Positions 1-9,430 of a stretch of DNA of 64,000 bases are shown here, in pieces. Source of the stretch: an uncultured Candidatus Saccharibacteria bacterium (GTDB lineage: Bacteria > Patescibacteriota > SICC01 > CAYSOT01); assembly GCA_964432765.1 (NCBI GenBank), contig CAYSOT010000001.1, forward strand, positions 66,096-130,095, read 5' to 3'. The notes beneath the pieces were generated by a model. It did not search any database and was not told the origin of the DNA. It saw only the letters and a program-made list of their open reading frames with translations. The first letter of the stretch is position 1, and each line of letters opens with the position of its first letter. The translations under genes were made by a program, and so were the position numbers.

Positions 1-347
1 TCGATAAAGGCTGCCAGACCGCCTTGGCGCTGAACTTCAGCGATCATGTGGGAGGCAAGCGTCGTTTTACCTGATGATTCCGGTCCGTAGATTTCTATGA
101 TTCGACCCTTGGGGATACCACCGACGCCAAGCGCCAAATCTAGCGCCAGTGATCCGGTAGGAATTGCCTCGATGTGAAGCTTTGAACTTTCATCGAGCTT
201 CATGATCGCGCCCTTACCGAATTGCTTTTCGATTTGAGAGAGTGCTAGATCAACTGCACGCTGCTTTTCTGCGCGCACAGCCGTGTCTTTTTGCGTGGAA
301 GACTGCTTAGTGGGTTCGGTTGGTTTAGTCATAGTGGCTGTGTTCAT
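1..347 (-). CDS. recA: Recombinase RecA, N-terminal part (continues beyond window start)
   Basis: Not in the ORF track. Manual translation: MNTATMTKP...[17 protein letters not shown]...[36 protein letters not shown]. Purine-rich SD-like GAGAGGA upstream of ATG at 347. Confidence 0.97.
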   Translation of the reverse strand, partial: MNTATMTKPTEPTKQSSTQKDTAVRAEKQRAVDLALSQIEKQFGKGAIMKLDESSKLHIEAIPTGSLALDLALGVGGIPKGRIIEIYGPESSGKTTLASHMIAEVQRQGGLAAFI

Positions 348-384
348 AGTAGCGTATCCTCTCTCTGTACTATTGTTGGTTGTT

Positions 385-413
385 AGTATATATATAGTCG
401 CCTGCTTAGTCAA
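385..413 (-). promoter_or_regulatory. Sigma70-type promoter, proximal, for recA
   Basis: Minus strand TTGACT-17 nt-TATACT. Confidence 0.7.
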
Positions 414-454
414 TATCTGGCTATTTTCTGCCGAATATATTGGCTACGAAAAGA

Positions 455-483
455 ATAGTATACATTTGTATACTCTTTGTCAA
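455..483 (-). promoter_or_regulatory. Sigma70-type promoter, distal, for recA with overlapping palindromic operator
   Basis: Minus strand TTGACA-17 nt-TACTAT. Inverted repeat AGTATACA-TT-TGTATACT (457-474) covers the spacer and part of the -10. Confidence 0.7.
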
Positions 484-504
484 CTATCGCTCTGTTTGGG
501 CACT

Positions 505-1488
505 TTACGGCACAGGAGAGGGCGAAGGTGCGGGTGTAGGTGCGAGGAATTCTTTTCCAACCCGGCGCTGGCCTTCAGCACCAAGCGCTCCCCGGTCTTG
601 GCCATTGATAAAGACGCGGGTACTGCCCCCGTTTGAAGTCGTAATGAGTGCACGTGACTGCACGCTGAACGTCTGCTCAGAGTTTGGCAGGAGCAGTCCT
701 TGGAAGGCGACTTTCCCATCGACATTGACACCGACATAGGCAGAGTTGGGACCAACTTTGACGGTGAGCAGCATCCCGGAAGCAACTGGGGCAGGGGTTG
801 GTGTAGCAGCTATCTGGCCTGTTAGCACCACCGAGCGCGTGACGACCTTTTCTTTGCCCGATTTGTTCTTGGCCGAAACACGTAATGTATTTGGTCCGGA
901 CAGCAGACGGACTTCTTCACGGAATCCGCCGTTTGGATCGGTGGGGACGGGTTGTCCGTTAATACTTAACTCGGCACCGGCGTCGGTAGTGCCTTCGACG
1001 GTTACTGATTCGGTTGAAACCTGGGCGTTAGCAACCGGAGTTAAGACCTCGAGTTTTGGTGGAGCTGCTACGAACCCAAAAATCTGAGACAGCAGATAGC
1101 CCGATGCAAGCAATAGGCTGAAGATACCTCCGGCAATCCAGAGCGTTCGGGGTGTAATCGTGATTGGCGATTGCTTGGCACGGGTCATAGGAATCTTCGG
1201 AAGTTTCGGGGTCTGCTTTGCGAGTCCCCGTTCACGGCGATATTGGAGCAAGATTTCATCTGATGGAAAACCGAGAAACGCCGCATAGTTTTCCAAGAAC
1301 CCACGTGCGTACACGTCGGCTGGAAATTCTTCGTAACGCCCTTCTTCGAGCGCCTCTAGAAATTTATGGTGAATCTTGGTTTGCCTGGCAACTTCTTCTA
1401 GTGATAATTTCGCTGTTTTACGAACATCCCGTAGCTGCCGGCCAACCGGTACATCAGACGCTATTTCTCGCTTCTTGAATTCAGCCAT
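505..1488 (-). CDS. rodZ: RodZ-like protein (Xre HTH, TM helix, Ig-like domain, DUF4115-like C-terminus)
   Basis: LSLEEVARQTKIHHKFLEALEEG...VYARGFLENYAAFLG is the RodZ HTH; one TM segment; lies next to ftsK. Confidence 0.8.
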   Translation of the reverse strand: MAEFKKREIASDVPVGRQLRDVRKTAKLSLEEVARQTKIHHKFLEALEEGRYEEFPADVYARGFLENYAAFLGFPSDEILLQYRRERGLAKQTPKLPKIPMTRAKQSPITITPRTLWIAGGIFSLLLASGYLLSQIFGFVAAPPKLEVLTPVANAQVSTESVTVEGTTDAGAELSINGQPVPTDPNGGFREEVRLLSGPNTLRVSAKNKSGKEKVVTRSVVLTGQIAATPTPAPVASGMLLTVKVGPNSAYVGVNVDGKVAFQGLLLPNSEQTFSVQSRALITTSNGGSTRVFINGQDRGALGAEGQRRVGKEFLAPTPAPSPSPVP

Positions 1489-1537
1489 ACAGGAATTTCC
1501 CGACTCTGTTCAGAATACCGAAGTCGGACTGATTCGG

Positions 1538-3616
1538 CTAGAAGTCGTCTGATTCGACGAGGATCTCGCGAGGTTTTGCTCCCTCACCCGGGCCAATGAC
1601 GCCATTTTCTTCAAGCATGTCGAGAAGCCGTGCCGCACGTGCGTAGCCAACCTTCAAGCGCCGCTGCAGAAGCGATGCTGAAGCCTTACGAGAGCGGATA
1701 ACTTCGGCCTTTGCTTCTTGGTAAAGTGGATCTTCGTCATCGCCACTGAGCATATCGCCACCGGCGCCGGCGCCCTGCGGTGTTTCGGTAACCGATTCGT
1801 CATAGGCCGGGGCGCCTTTGCCTTTTAGGAAGTCGGTTAAGCGTTTCACTTCTTTCGTTTCCATAAACGCCGACTGGACGCGAAGTGGTTTGGCCACGTT
1901 TCCTGGCAAGAAGAGCGAATCTCCACGGCCAAGTAGCTTTTCTGCCCCACCCATGTCGAGAATAGTTCGTGAGTCAGTCTGCGACGTGACCGTAAAGGCA
2001 ATTCTACTCGGGAAGTTTGCTTTAATGAGTCCGGTAATGACATCGACCGATGGCCGCTGTGTTGCCAAGATTAAGTGTATTCCGGTTGCGCGAGCCAACT
2101 GGGCAATACGGACGATTGCTGCTTCTACGGCCTTCCCTGACACCATCATTAGGTCTGCCAGCTCGTCGATAACCACGACAAGGTAGGGCAACTCTTCGTC
2201 CTTATGGCGACCATTGTATTCACCAATATTTCGTACTCGCTCGTCTTGGAAGAGCTTATAGCGACGATCCATTTCTGCGGTTAGCCATTTCAGCGCATTA
2301 ATCACTTTGGGGGGATCGACTATAACCGGCGCCAAGAGATGTGGGATGTCATTATAGGCATTTAGTTCGACTCGCTTTGGGTCAACCAGCAACAGCCGCA
2401 AGTGCTTTGGCGAGTGAGTAAACAGAAGTGAGCCGAGAATCGCGTTGATACCGACAGATTTTCCGGATCCAGTCGCACCGGCGATCAACAGATGAGGCAT
2501 CGTGGTGAGATCAGCCACTACAGCCTCACCAGAGACGTCGAGGCCGAGCGCGAGCGGCAGCGTACCGCCTCCCTTCCACTGCTCCGAAGAAAGCAGCTGG
2601 GAGAGCCTGACAGTCGCAGCGCGCTGGTTGGGCACCTCGATACCGACTGTCGACTTGCCGGGAATCGGCGCTTCGATCCGAATTGGATGGGCCGCCAGTG
2701 ACAGAGCCAGGTCGTTATTGAGAGCGGTTATTTGATTTAGTTTCACGCCCGGGTCTGGCCGAAGTTCATATTGGGCAACCGTCGGGCCAACATTCACAGA
2801 AACAACAGAGGCAACCACCCCGAAGTTAGCAAGCGTTTGCTCTATGATGGCTGCTGAACGTTTAAGATCTCCTGCTTGGGCACTCGATGTAGCCGAAGAC
2901 AAGAGTGAGAGCGGCGGCTGCTCCCAGGTAGAGTCGACTGCGCGCGGTACAAAATCCGGCTCTGCGGAGCTCTGTGGTCGTGCTTTGGCGGGAGTCGGGG
3001 TCGGCGCTGGCGCTGGCGGTGCCTGAGGGGTCGGTCGCACCACCGCGGGAGCTGCATCGACCGCTTCTTCCTTCTCTCTACGCAGCGGCCTGTTGCGAAC
3101 AATGACGATACCGGCAAGTACAAGGGCGAGAAAGATCAGATACGAACCAAGTGAGCCGAGGGCGTAGAGGGTTGTGTTCGAGAGCGCATACCCAAGGAGG
3201 CCGCCGCCATGACCATCGCGCGCCGCAGCAAGCGGCTCATTAGCAATAAAGAGGTGCAGAAAACCGGTTGCACCAAGGATGATCAAGCTTACGCCAATTG
3301 GCTGACGGCGTGGTGTGTCTTGTTTGAGCAAGGTGACGACGCCAAAGTACAGAGCGGCGGCGGCTACGGCCCAGGCAGCCCATCCAAACAGCTGACCTAC
3401 CCAACGCGCAACGACTGAACCAAGCGGACCCCCAACACCAGCAAGTGCTAGCAAAAGAATCAGTCCAAAGAGTGACAGTAAAATCCCACCAACTGTGCGC
3501 TGTGCTTCTTCGGAGAGCAACGGTTCAGCAGGCGCCGGCTGTTGCCGTCGCCTTGCGGGGCGACGAGTCTGGGGGCTTCGTCGTGTCGTTTTTCTGCGTC
3601 GTTTTGTTTGAGCCAT
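1538..3616 (-). CDS. ftsK: DNA translocase FtsK/SpoIIIE
   Basis: N-terminal TMs, PHLLIAGATGSGKS Walker A, VIDELADLM, LATQRPSVDV, gamma domain SASLLQRRLKVGYARAARL. Confidence 0.97.
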   Translation of the reverse strand: MAQTKRRRKTTRRSPQTRRPARRRQQPAPAEPLLSEEAQRTVGGILLSLFGLILLLALAGVGGPLGSVVARWVGQLFGWAAWAVAAAALYFGVVTLLKQDTPRRQPIGVSLIILGATGFLHLFIANEPLAAARDGHGGGLLGYALSNTTLYALGSLGSYLIFLALVLAGIVIVRNRPLRREKEEAVDAAPAVVRPTPQAPPAPAPTPTPAKARPQSSAEPDFVPRAVDSTWEQPPLSLLSSATSSAQAGDLKRSAAIIEQTLANFGVVASVVSVNVGPTVAQYELRPDPGVKLNQITALNNDLALSLAAHPIRIEAPIPGKSTVGIEVPNQRAATVRLSQLLSSEQWKGGGTLPLALGLDVSGEAVVADLTTMPHLLIAGATGSGKSVGINAILGSLLFTHSPKHLRLLLVDPKRVELNAYNDIPHLLAPVIVDPPKVINALKWLTAEMDRRYKLFQDERVRNIGEYNGRHKDEELPYLVVVIDELADLMMVSGKAVEAAIVRIAQLARATGIHLILATQRPSVDVITGLIKANFPSRIAFTVTSQTDSRTILDMGGAEKLLGRGDSLFLPGNVAKPLRVQSAFMETKEVKRLTDFLKGKGAPAYDESVTETPQGAGAGGDMLSGDDEDPLYQEAKAEVIRSRKASASLLQRRLKVGYARAARLLDMLEENGVIGPGEGAKPREILVESDDF

Positions 3617-3638
3617 GTAAATTCACTATACCGTTCGG

Positions 3639-5222
3639 CTACGCCTTCCGGAACCGCCTGAGAAGTACTTTTGCTTCTGGCAAACCCATTCTGTTTGTAA
3701 GCCACAGATAGACCGCGGCCCCGAGCAAAGATCCAACCACCAGCTGCGTAAAGAAGTAAGCGAAGGTAAATCGACTTGAGATTTCCTCGACCAAGAACGC
3801 GACGCCATAGAGACTTCCATAGATAACGACACCCATAACCAGCGAGGCAACAAGCATTTTGGTGACAGCATTGATCATGGCCTGGTCTTCAAGCTGCGGC
3901 ACTTTGGCTGACAAGAAGAAAAAGAGGAGCGAAAGCTGCACAATACTGGCGATCGTGAACGACACCGCTAAGCCGACAACCCCGAGATAGTGCGACGCAA
4001 TTAGCGCTAGGGCGATATTCAGCAGCATACACAACCCGGAAATAATAACTGGCGTCTTGGTGTTGCGTAGAGAATAGAAGGCGCGTGTAAGTAGTGGGAT
4101 CAGCGCTTGGGCGAAAAGACTGACCGCCAATATACCGAGCAGTGAGGTGACATAGCGCGTGTCGGTAAAGTCGAACTTTCCTGAACCAAACGCGACACGA
4201 ACGATTTGGGCGCGCAAAAGCATCATTGCCACTGAGGCTGGAATCACGACGTAGAGAATATTTCGGATCACTTCAAGTAGTGTCGCGAGAAACTTATCGG
4301 TATCGCGCACGCTCGCAGCTCGCGCCAGCACCGGAAATGCGGCGGTCGCAAAAGATGCGCCGACGACTCCGACGGGGATCATCGAAAGACTTGTGGCAAG
4401 CATGAACTGGGAAAGAGAGCCGGGGCGCAGCGTTGTGGCGATTACTGTTTCGATCAAGAGATTAAACTGCAGAATCGCTACGCCGATGGTCGTTGGGATC
4501 ATCAAGATGAATATTCGGCGCACACCCGGGTGTTTAATCTCAAGCACAGGGCGGAACCGAAACTTCGTCCGTACCACCCCAATCAGCTGAACCACCATTT
4601 GCAAAAACGCACCCGAAACAACGCCGATTGCGAGCCAGACCAGACCGTACCTTGGAGCTAGTAGTGCGCCGATGATAATACCAACGTTGTAAATAAGCGG
4701 CGCAATGGCATAGGCCAAGAAACGTTGGTAGGTATTGAGAATGCTGCCAAAGATACCCGACAGACCAAAGAAGATTGGTGAAAGCAGCATGATCCGAGTG
4801 AGTAAGACGACTTCATCGAGCTGCGAAGGCGTAAAACCTGGCGCAACAAGAGGCATGATCTGTGGCGCAAAAATGGCAATAATGCTTGCCGCAAAGATGA
4901 GGACGATCAGCGCAAGCGTCAGAATAGTGGAGCCGACATTGTCTGCTTCACGTTGCTGATGTTTAGCAACATAGCCAGCAAATATTGGGATGAAGGCAGC
5001 CGAGATTGCACCCCAAACGAGAATGTTGAAGACAAAGTCCGGAACTCGAAAAGCCGCATAATAAATATCGAGTTGTGGCCCGGCGCCAAAACCAGACGCC
5101 AGCAAGCGATCGCGCACCAACCCAAGCACACGTGACGCGAGCGACGCGGAGGCAAGAATAACAGTCGCCCCGCCGATCGTGGCAGTAAAGATAGAAAACC
5201 GATTGAGTGTTCGTTTAATCAC
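3639..5222 (-). CDS. murJ: Lipid II flippase MurJ (MviN)
   Basis: SRVLGLVRDRLLASGFGAG...YYAAFRVPD, FYSLRNTKTP, many TMs. Confidence 0.95.
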   Translation of the reverse strand: MIKRTLNRFSIFTATIGGATVILASASLASRVLGLVRDRLLASGFGAGPQLDIYYAAFRVPDFVFNILVWGAISAAFIPIFAGYVAKHQQREADNVGSTILTLALIVLIFAASIIAIFAPQIMPLVAPGFTPSQLDEVVLLTRIMLLSPIFFGLSGIFGSILNTYQRFLAYAIAPLIYNVGIIIGALLAPRYGLVWLAIGVVSGAFLQMVVQLIGVVRTKFRFRPVLEIKHPGVRRIFILMIPTTIGVAILQFNLLIETVIATTLRPGSLSQFMLATSLSMIPVGVVGASFATAAFPVLARAASVRDTDKFLATLLEVIRNILYVVIPASVAMMLLRAQIVRVAFGSGKFDFTDTRYVTSLLGILAVSLFAQALIPLLTRAFYSLRNTKTPVIISGLCMLLNIALALIASHYLGVVGLAVSFTIASIVQLSLLFFFLSAKVPQLEDQAMINAVTKMLVASLVMGVVIYGSLYGVAFLVEEISSRFTFAYFFTQLVVGSLLGAAVYLWLTNRMGLPEAKVLLRRFRKA

Positions 5223-5280
5223 GTCGCGCCCACTATCAAAAGTATACGCTTCGCAGAGGGAAAACGGCGATCACACGAAC

Positions 5281-7116
5281 CTACTTTGTGGCGTGCCGGT
5301 TCTTAAGCTTTTCTACGTCGGGGAAGAGCTTGTCGTAGTCTTCGCCTTCGATTGTTTCGTCTTTGAGTAGTCGCTCAGCAATCTCATTGAGCTTCTTGCG
5401 GTTCTTGCGAATGATATCGGCAGCAGTTTTATAAGCAGAGTCGATAATCTGCTTCACTTCAGCATCAATTTCACTGGCAACACGTTCGGAGTAATGCCGT
5501 TGCTCACCCAGTTCGCGACCCAAGAAAACCATTTCCTCACGCTCGCGGTAAGCGATCGTGCCAAGCTTCTCGCTCATTCCGTAATCAACAACCATGCTTC
5601 GTGCAAGCTCGCTCGCCTTTTGAATATCAGATGAAGCACCCGTGGTAACCTCACCGAAGACTGCACGCTCTGCCGCGTGCCCAGCCAAAGCTGCAGCTAG
5701 ATCTTCTTCAAAATCCGGTCGTGATCGAAGGTAGCGTTCTTCATCGGGCATATACCACGTAACGCCGCCTGCTGTTCCCCGGGAAATAATACTCACCTTA
5801 TGCACTGGATCTGGTCTTGGCAGCAGTGTCGCCACAAGCGCGTGCCCTGCTTCGTGATAGGCCACAATCTTCTTTTCCTTCTCGTTCATCATGCGGCTGC
5901 GGCGCTCTGGTCCGAGCAGCACTTTCTCGATCGAGGCCATCAGTTCGGCCTGTCCAACTTTCTTTTTATTACGCCGGGCAGTGAGGATTGCGGCTTCGTT
6001 AAACAGGTTTGCCAGGTCAGCTCCAGCAAATCCTGGGGTCTGTTTCGCTACTTTACCGAGATCGACATCCGAGGCAAGTGGCTTGCCCTTCGCGTGTACG
6101 GCGAGGATTTCTTCGCGCTCGCGCCTGTCTGGACGATCAATGACGACACGCCGATCGAACCGACCTGGGCGCAAAAGCGCTGGATCGAGTACGTCTGGTC
6201 GGTTAGTCGCCGCCATAACAATCACATTCGTATCTTGCTCGAAGCCATCCATCTCGGTAAGGATTTGGTTGAGTGTCTGCTCGCGCTCATCATGGCTTCC
6301 TCCAAGCCCGGCGCCTCGCTGACGTCCGACCGCATCAATTTCGTCGATGAAAATAATGCACGGCGCATTTCGCTTGGCCTTGGCAAAGAGATCACGAACA
6401 CGTGATGCGCCGACACCAACGAACATCTCGACAAATTCGGAACCTGAAATCGAGAAGAAGGGCACGTCGGCTTCACCAGCAACAGCGCGCGCCAGCAGCG
6501 TCTTACCGGTTCCCGGAGGACCAACGAGCAGCACACCCTTTGGAATACGCGCTCCGACGCCAGCAAACTTAGCCGGATACTTGAGAAAATCGACTACTTC
6601 GCGCAGTTCCTCCTTCGCTTCTGTTACACCGGCGACGTCGCTAAACGTGACGCGCTTTTGATCGGCATTGAAGAGTCTGGCACGGCTACGACCAAACGAC
6701 ATGGCCTGGTTATTACCAGATTGCGCCTGGCGAAGCATAAAGTAGAGAAAACCGCCGATCAAAAGAAGCGGAATGATGAATGAGAGTATATTCACCCACG
6801 TCGAGTAGTCTTTCGGAGTCGACTCAGTAACCTCGACTTTAGAGAGCTGTTCATCGGTCACGCCAAACGACTTCAGATAGGCAGGGAGGGACTCACCGAT
6901 ATACTGCGACTCAATCTTTTTGCCACTAGTCGTTTCAACAGTTACCTTACGACCTTCGGTCTGAATAGATTTGACCTGACCGGTCTTCACTTCATCTATC
7001 ACATTTGAGATCGGAACCTGTGAAGGTTGGGTACTCGTAGAAGCGGTAGCCGAATAGATCGCGGCCACAATGAGGACGGCTCCGACAAGATACAGCAGAC
7101 TGCGGAAACTTCGCAT
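5281..7116 (-). CDS. ftsH: ATP-dependent zinc metalloprotease FtsH
   Basis: [32 protein letters not shown] zinc motif, two N-terminal TMs. Confidence 0.98.
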   Translation of the reverse strand: MRSFRSLLYLVGAVLIVAAIYSATASTSTQPSQVPISNVIDEVKTGQVKSIQTEGRKVTVETTSGKKIESQYIGESLPAYLKSFGVTDEQLSKVEVTESTPKDYSTWVNILSFIIPLLLIGGFLYFMLRQAQSGNNQAMSFGRSRARLFNADQKRVTFSDVAGVTEAKEELREVVDFLKYPAKFAGVGARIPKGVLLVGPPGTGKTLLARAVAGEADVPFFSISGSEFVEMFVGVGASRVRDLFAKAKRNAPCIIFIDEIDAVGRQRGAGLGGSHDEREQTLNQILTEMDGFEQDTNVIVMAATNRPDVLDPALLRPGRFDRRVVIDRPDRREREEILAVHAKGKPLASDVDLGKVAKQTPGFAGADLANLFNEAAILTARRNKKKVGQAELMASIEKVLLGPERRSRMMNEKEKKIVAYHEAGHALVATLLPRPDPVHKVSIISRGTAGGVTWYMPDEERYLRSRPDFEEDLAAALAGHAAERAVFGEVTTGASSDIQKASELARSMVVDYGMSEKLGTIAYREREEMVFLGRELGEQRHYSERVASEIDAEVKQIIDSAYKTAADIIRKNRKKLNEIAERLLKDETIEGEDYDKLFPDVEKLKNRHATK

Positions 7117-7155
7117 ACGCTCTAAAGTCTAGCCGTCAGCGCTGCTGCCGACAAG

Positions 7156-8472
7156 CTACCGACGACCACAACTGAGTGTCACGTGCGCCTGAGTGGAGTC
7201 GGCTGCAAAGCGACGATCGGCGCGGAATCCGGCCACCCAGACGATATCGCCTGCTTCGGTTGTAATGATCGGAACGAATGGCCGCTCTGCCCTTGGCACT
7301 TTTTGGTCCGTCAGTAAATCGGATATTAATTTGCTGCCTCGCATTCCGGACGGCTTAAAACGGTCACCCACTTTCGGTGACCTAACAATGAGTCGATCCC
7401 CGATAAGCCGACTATCAATTCGGATAGATTCCGCAGGGGCCTCTTTTCGATCTGCACCGATCTCGATATCGCCAAAACGAATATGCCCTGGGATCGTAAG
7501 AGTTTGCTTGCTGGGGGGCGCTATGGGCTCGCCACGATGTAGTCTGACTGTCCCGTATTCATGAACTGCAACAATACCGTGCGGTAGGTGGAGTTGACTG
7601 CCGGGTGCGCGCGCTAAGAGGGCGTCGAGATCTTCAACATGTCGAAGATGAAATCCGACTAGGTTTCCCTGGAGCGTTTCGAACGCTTCGCGCCATACAA
7701 GATGCCGCAGTGCCCGCGATTCAGCGTTGAGCCGCCTGACAGAAAGAGAAACCTCACCTTCGCGATTCTCAGCGACTCGCTCGAAGGCTTCGCGAGCAAT
7801 ATGGCGAAGTAGTAAGTATTCATCAGAAAAAACCTCCATGCTCTGTGAAACTGTCTCGATGAGCTGTGGGTTAATTTTCTGAAGACTTTTTATGACAACG
7901 TGCCTGATCCGATTTCTGGCATACCGTAGAGATCTGTTGGTTGGGTCAAGTCGGTACTTTAACTTGTGTTTTCGCACATACTTTGCGATTTCCCGGCGCG
8001 GGATTGGCAAGAGTGGGCGGATAAGTTTGCCGTTTTCTACGTCCATCCCGCGAAGTCCAGCGAGACCGCTCCCCCTTGAGAGGTGCAAAAGAAGTGTCTC
8101 TACCTGATCATCCGCTTGGTGGGCAGTTACGATGTAGTCTGCCTTTTTCCGCAGACGAGCTTCTTCGAGCCACGTGTAGCGAGCCTTCCTTGCTTCATCT
8201 TCAGATCGCTTCTTTGAAGGCCGCGCTCGTTTAGAAACGAATGGAAGACTGTAGTCTTTAGCTAGTTTCTTAACAAATTCGGCGTCTTTCGCCGATGAAC
8301 TGCGCCACCCATGGTCGAAGTGTGCAACAACTAACTCGAGATTAAGTGCCGCTCTTAAGCGCAACAACATATCAAGCAGAGCTACCGAATCGACTCCCCC
8401 GGAAACGGCAACCAGTAGGCGCTTGTCGTGATACGGCTCAAGATTCTCGCCAACAATGGCCAATACATTCAT
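7156..8472 (-). CDS. tilS: tRNA(Ile2)-lysidine synthetase
   Basis: AVSGGVDS PP-loop, HFDHG, TAHQADDQVET, RNRIRH. Start moved to ATG 8472 (ATGA overlap with the upstream stop). Confidence 0.95.
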   Translation of the reverse strand: MNVLAIVGENLEPYHDKRLLVAVSGGVDSVALLDMLLRLRAALNLELVVAHFDHGWRSSSAKDAEFVKKLAKDYSLPFVSKRARPSKKRSEDEARKARYTWLEEARLRKKADYIVTAHQADDQVETLLLHLSRGSGLAGLRGMDVENGKLIRPLLPIPRREIAKYVRKHKLKYRLDPTNRSLRYARNRIRHVVIKSLQKINPQLIETVSQSMEVFSDEYLLLRHIAREAFERVAENREGEVSLSVRRLNAESRALRHLVWREAFETLQGNLVGFHLRHVEDLDALLARAPGSQLHLPHGIVAVHEYGTVRLHRGEPIAPPSKQTLTIPGHIRFGDIEIGADRKEAPAESIRIDSRLIGDRLIVRSPKVGDRFKPSGMRGSKLISDLLTDQKVPRAERPFVPIITTEAGDIVWVAGFRADRRFAADSTQAHVTLSCGRR

Positions 8473-9413
8473 CCCGCAAACTCCTGCGAGAACATCTTGC
8501 CACGTGCGCCACCATTCATACATCCGATACCTAAGCGACGATACTCTGGCTTCAGGATATTGGCGCGGTGCCCTGGTGAGTTCATTAAGCCTTCATGCGC
8601 TACATCCACGTTTGGCGCCAAAGCTATGTTTTCACCTGCGAGCTGGTATTTAATGCCGGCTGCATCCATGCGATCGAATGGAGTCAAACCATCAGGCGTA
8701 TCATGTGCGAAATATCCCCTCGCAAACATGTCTTTCGAGTGCGCCCTCCCAACATCCCGTAGCTCTGAATCAGCTTGAACTGGCCGCAAACCATTAGCTG
8801 TGCGCTCCTTGTTTACAAGTGCGAGCATCGCCTCTTCGTCGGCGGCACAAACCGTCGGGTTGGCAACGGAAAATCCGAGCGTCAACGATTCTCCGGGTTC
8901 TGTTTTGACTGTGCGAAGTTTTACAAACTGCTGCAGTGCCCCGCCAAAAAGTGAATCAAAGGTGGGACTTAGTGCAGTACTCACTGCGATTGCAGGTTTC
9001 GCCAGAGGGTTTGCTTCAACGTCGGCTTTTACTGCATCAGCTACTGGAGCCGTCAGCACAATTTGAGCCACAACGCACAATAAAATGAATCCGCGAACCA
9101 ATGCTGGGAATATCCCAAGCGTGCGAGTTGCCTGGTTAAGTGGCGGTACATGCACCCGGATGCGACGCCAAATAAGCGTACCGAGCGCTTCGGTTCCTAT
9201 CCAGATTATGAAGAAGGCGATGAAACGCCACATCTCTATGCTCAGTAGGCCCGACATGTTCAGCAAAGAGCCGAGCGGAGAGGCAAGAGCCAGCGCTAGA
9301 GCGAACGAGATGATCAGTATCACAAGGTCAGCAAGCTGTTCCCAAAACCCCTGCCGCCAGCCCACAAAAGCGTAGAGGGCAAGGAGTGCCAAAATTAGAA
9401 GCGTGATAATCAC
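8469..9413 (-). CDS. CvpA-family membrane domain fused to CAP/SCP domain
   Basis: N-terminal TMs with GWRQGF; C-terminal LVNKER...AHSKDM...YFAH...GENIA...LMNSPGHRANIL. GTG start at 9413 with TAAGGA upstream. Confidence 0.85.
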   Translation of the reverse strand: MIITLLILALLALYAFVGWRQGFWEQLADLVILIISFALALALASPLGSLLNMSGLLSIEMWRFIAFFIIWIGTEALGTLIWRRIRVHVPPLNQATRTLGIFPALVRGFILLCVVAQIVLTAPVADAVKADVEANPLAKPAIAVSTALSPTFDSLFGGALQQFVKLRTVKTEPGESLTLGFSVANPTVCAADEEAMLALVNKERTANGLRPVQADSELRDVGRAHSKDMFARGYFAHDTPDGLTPFDRMDAAGIKYQLAGENIALAPNVDVAHEGLMNSPGHRANILKPEYRRLGIGCMNGGARGKMFSQEFAG

Positions 9414-9430
9414 GTCCTTAGTATAGGCCG

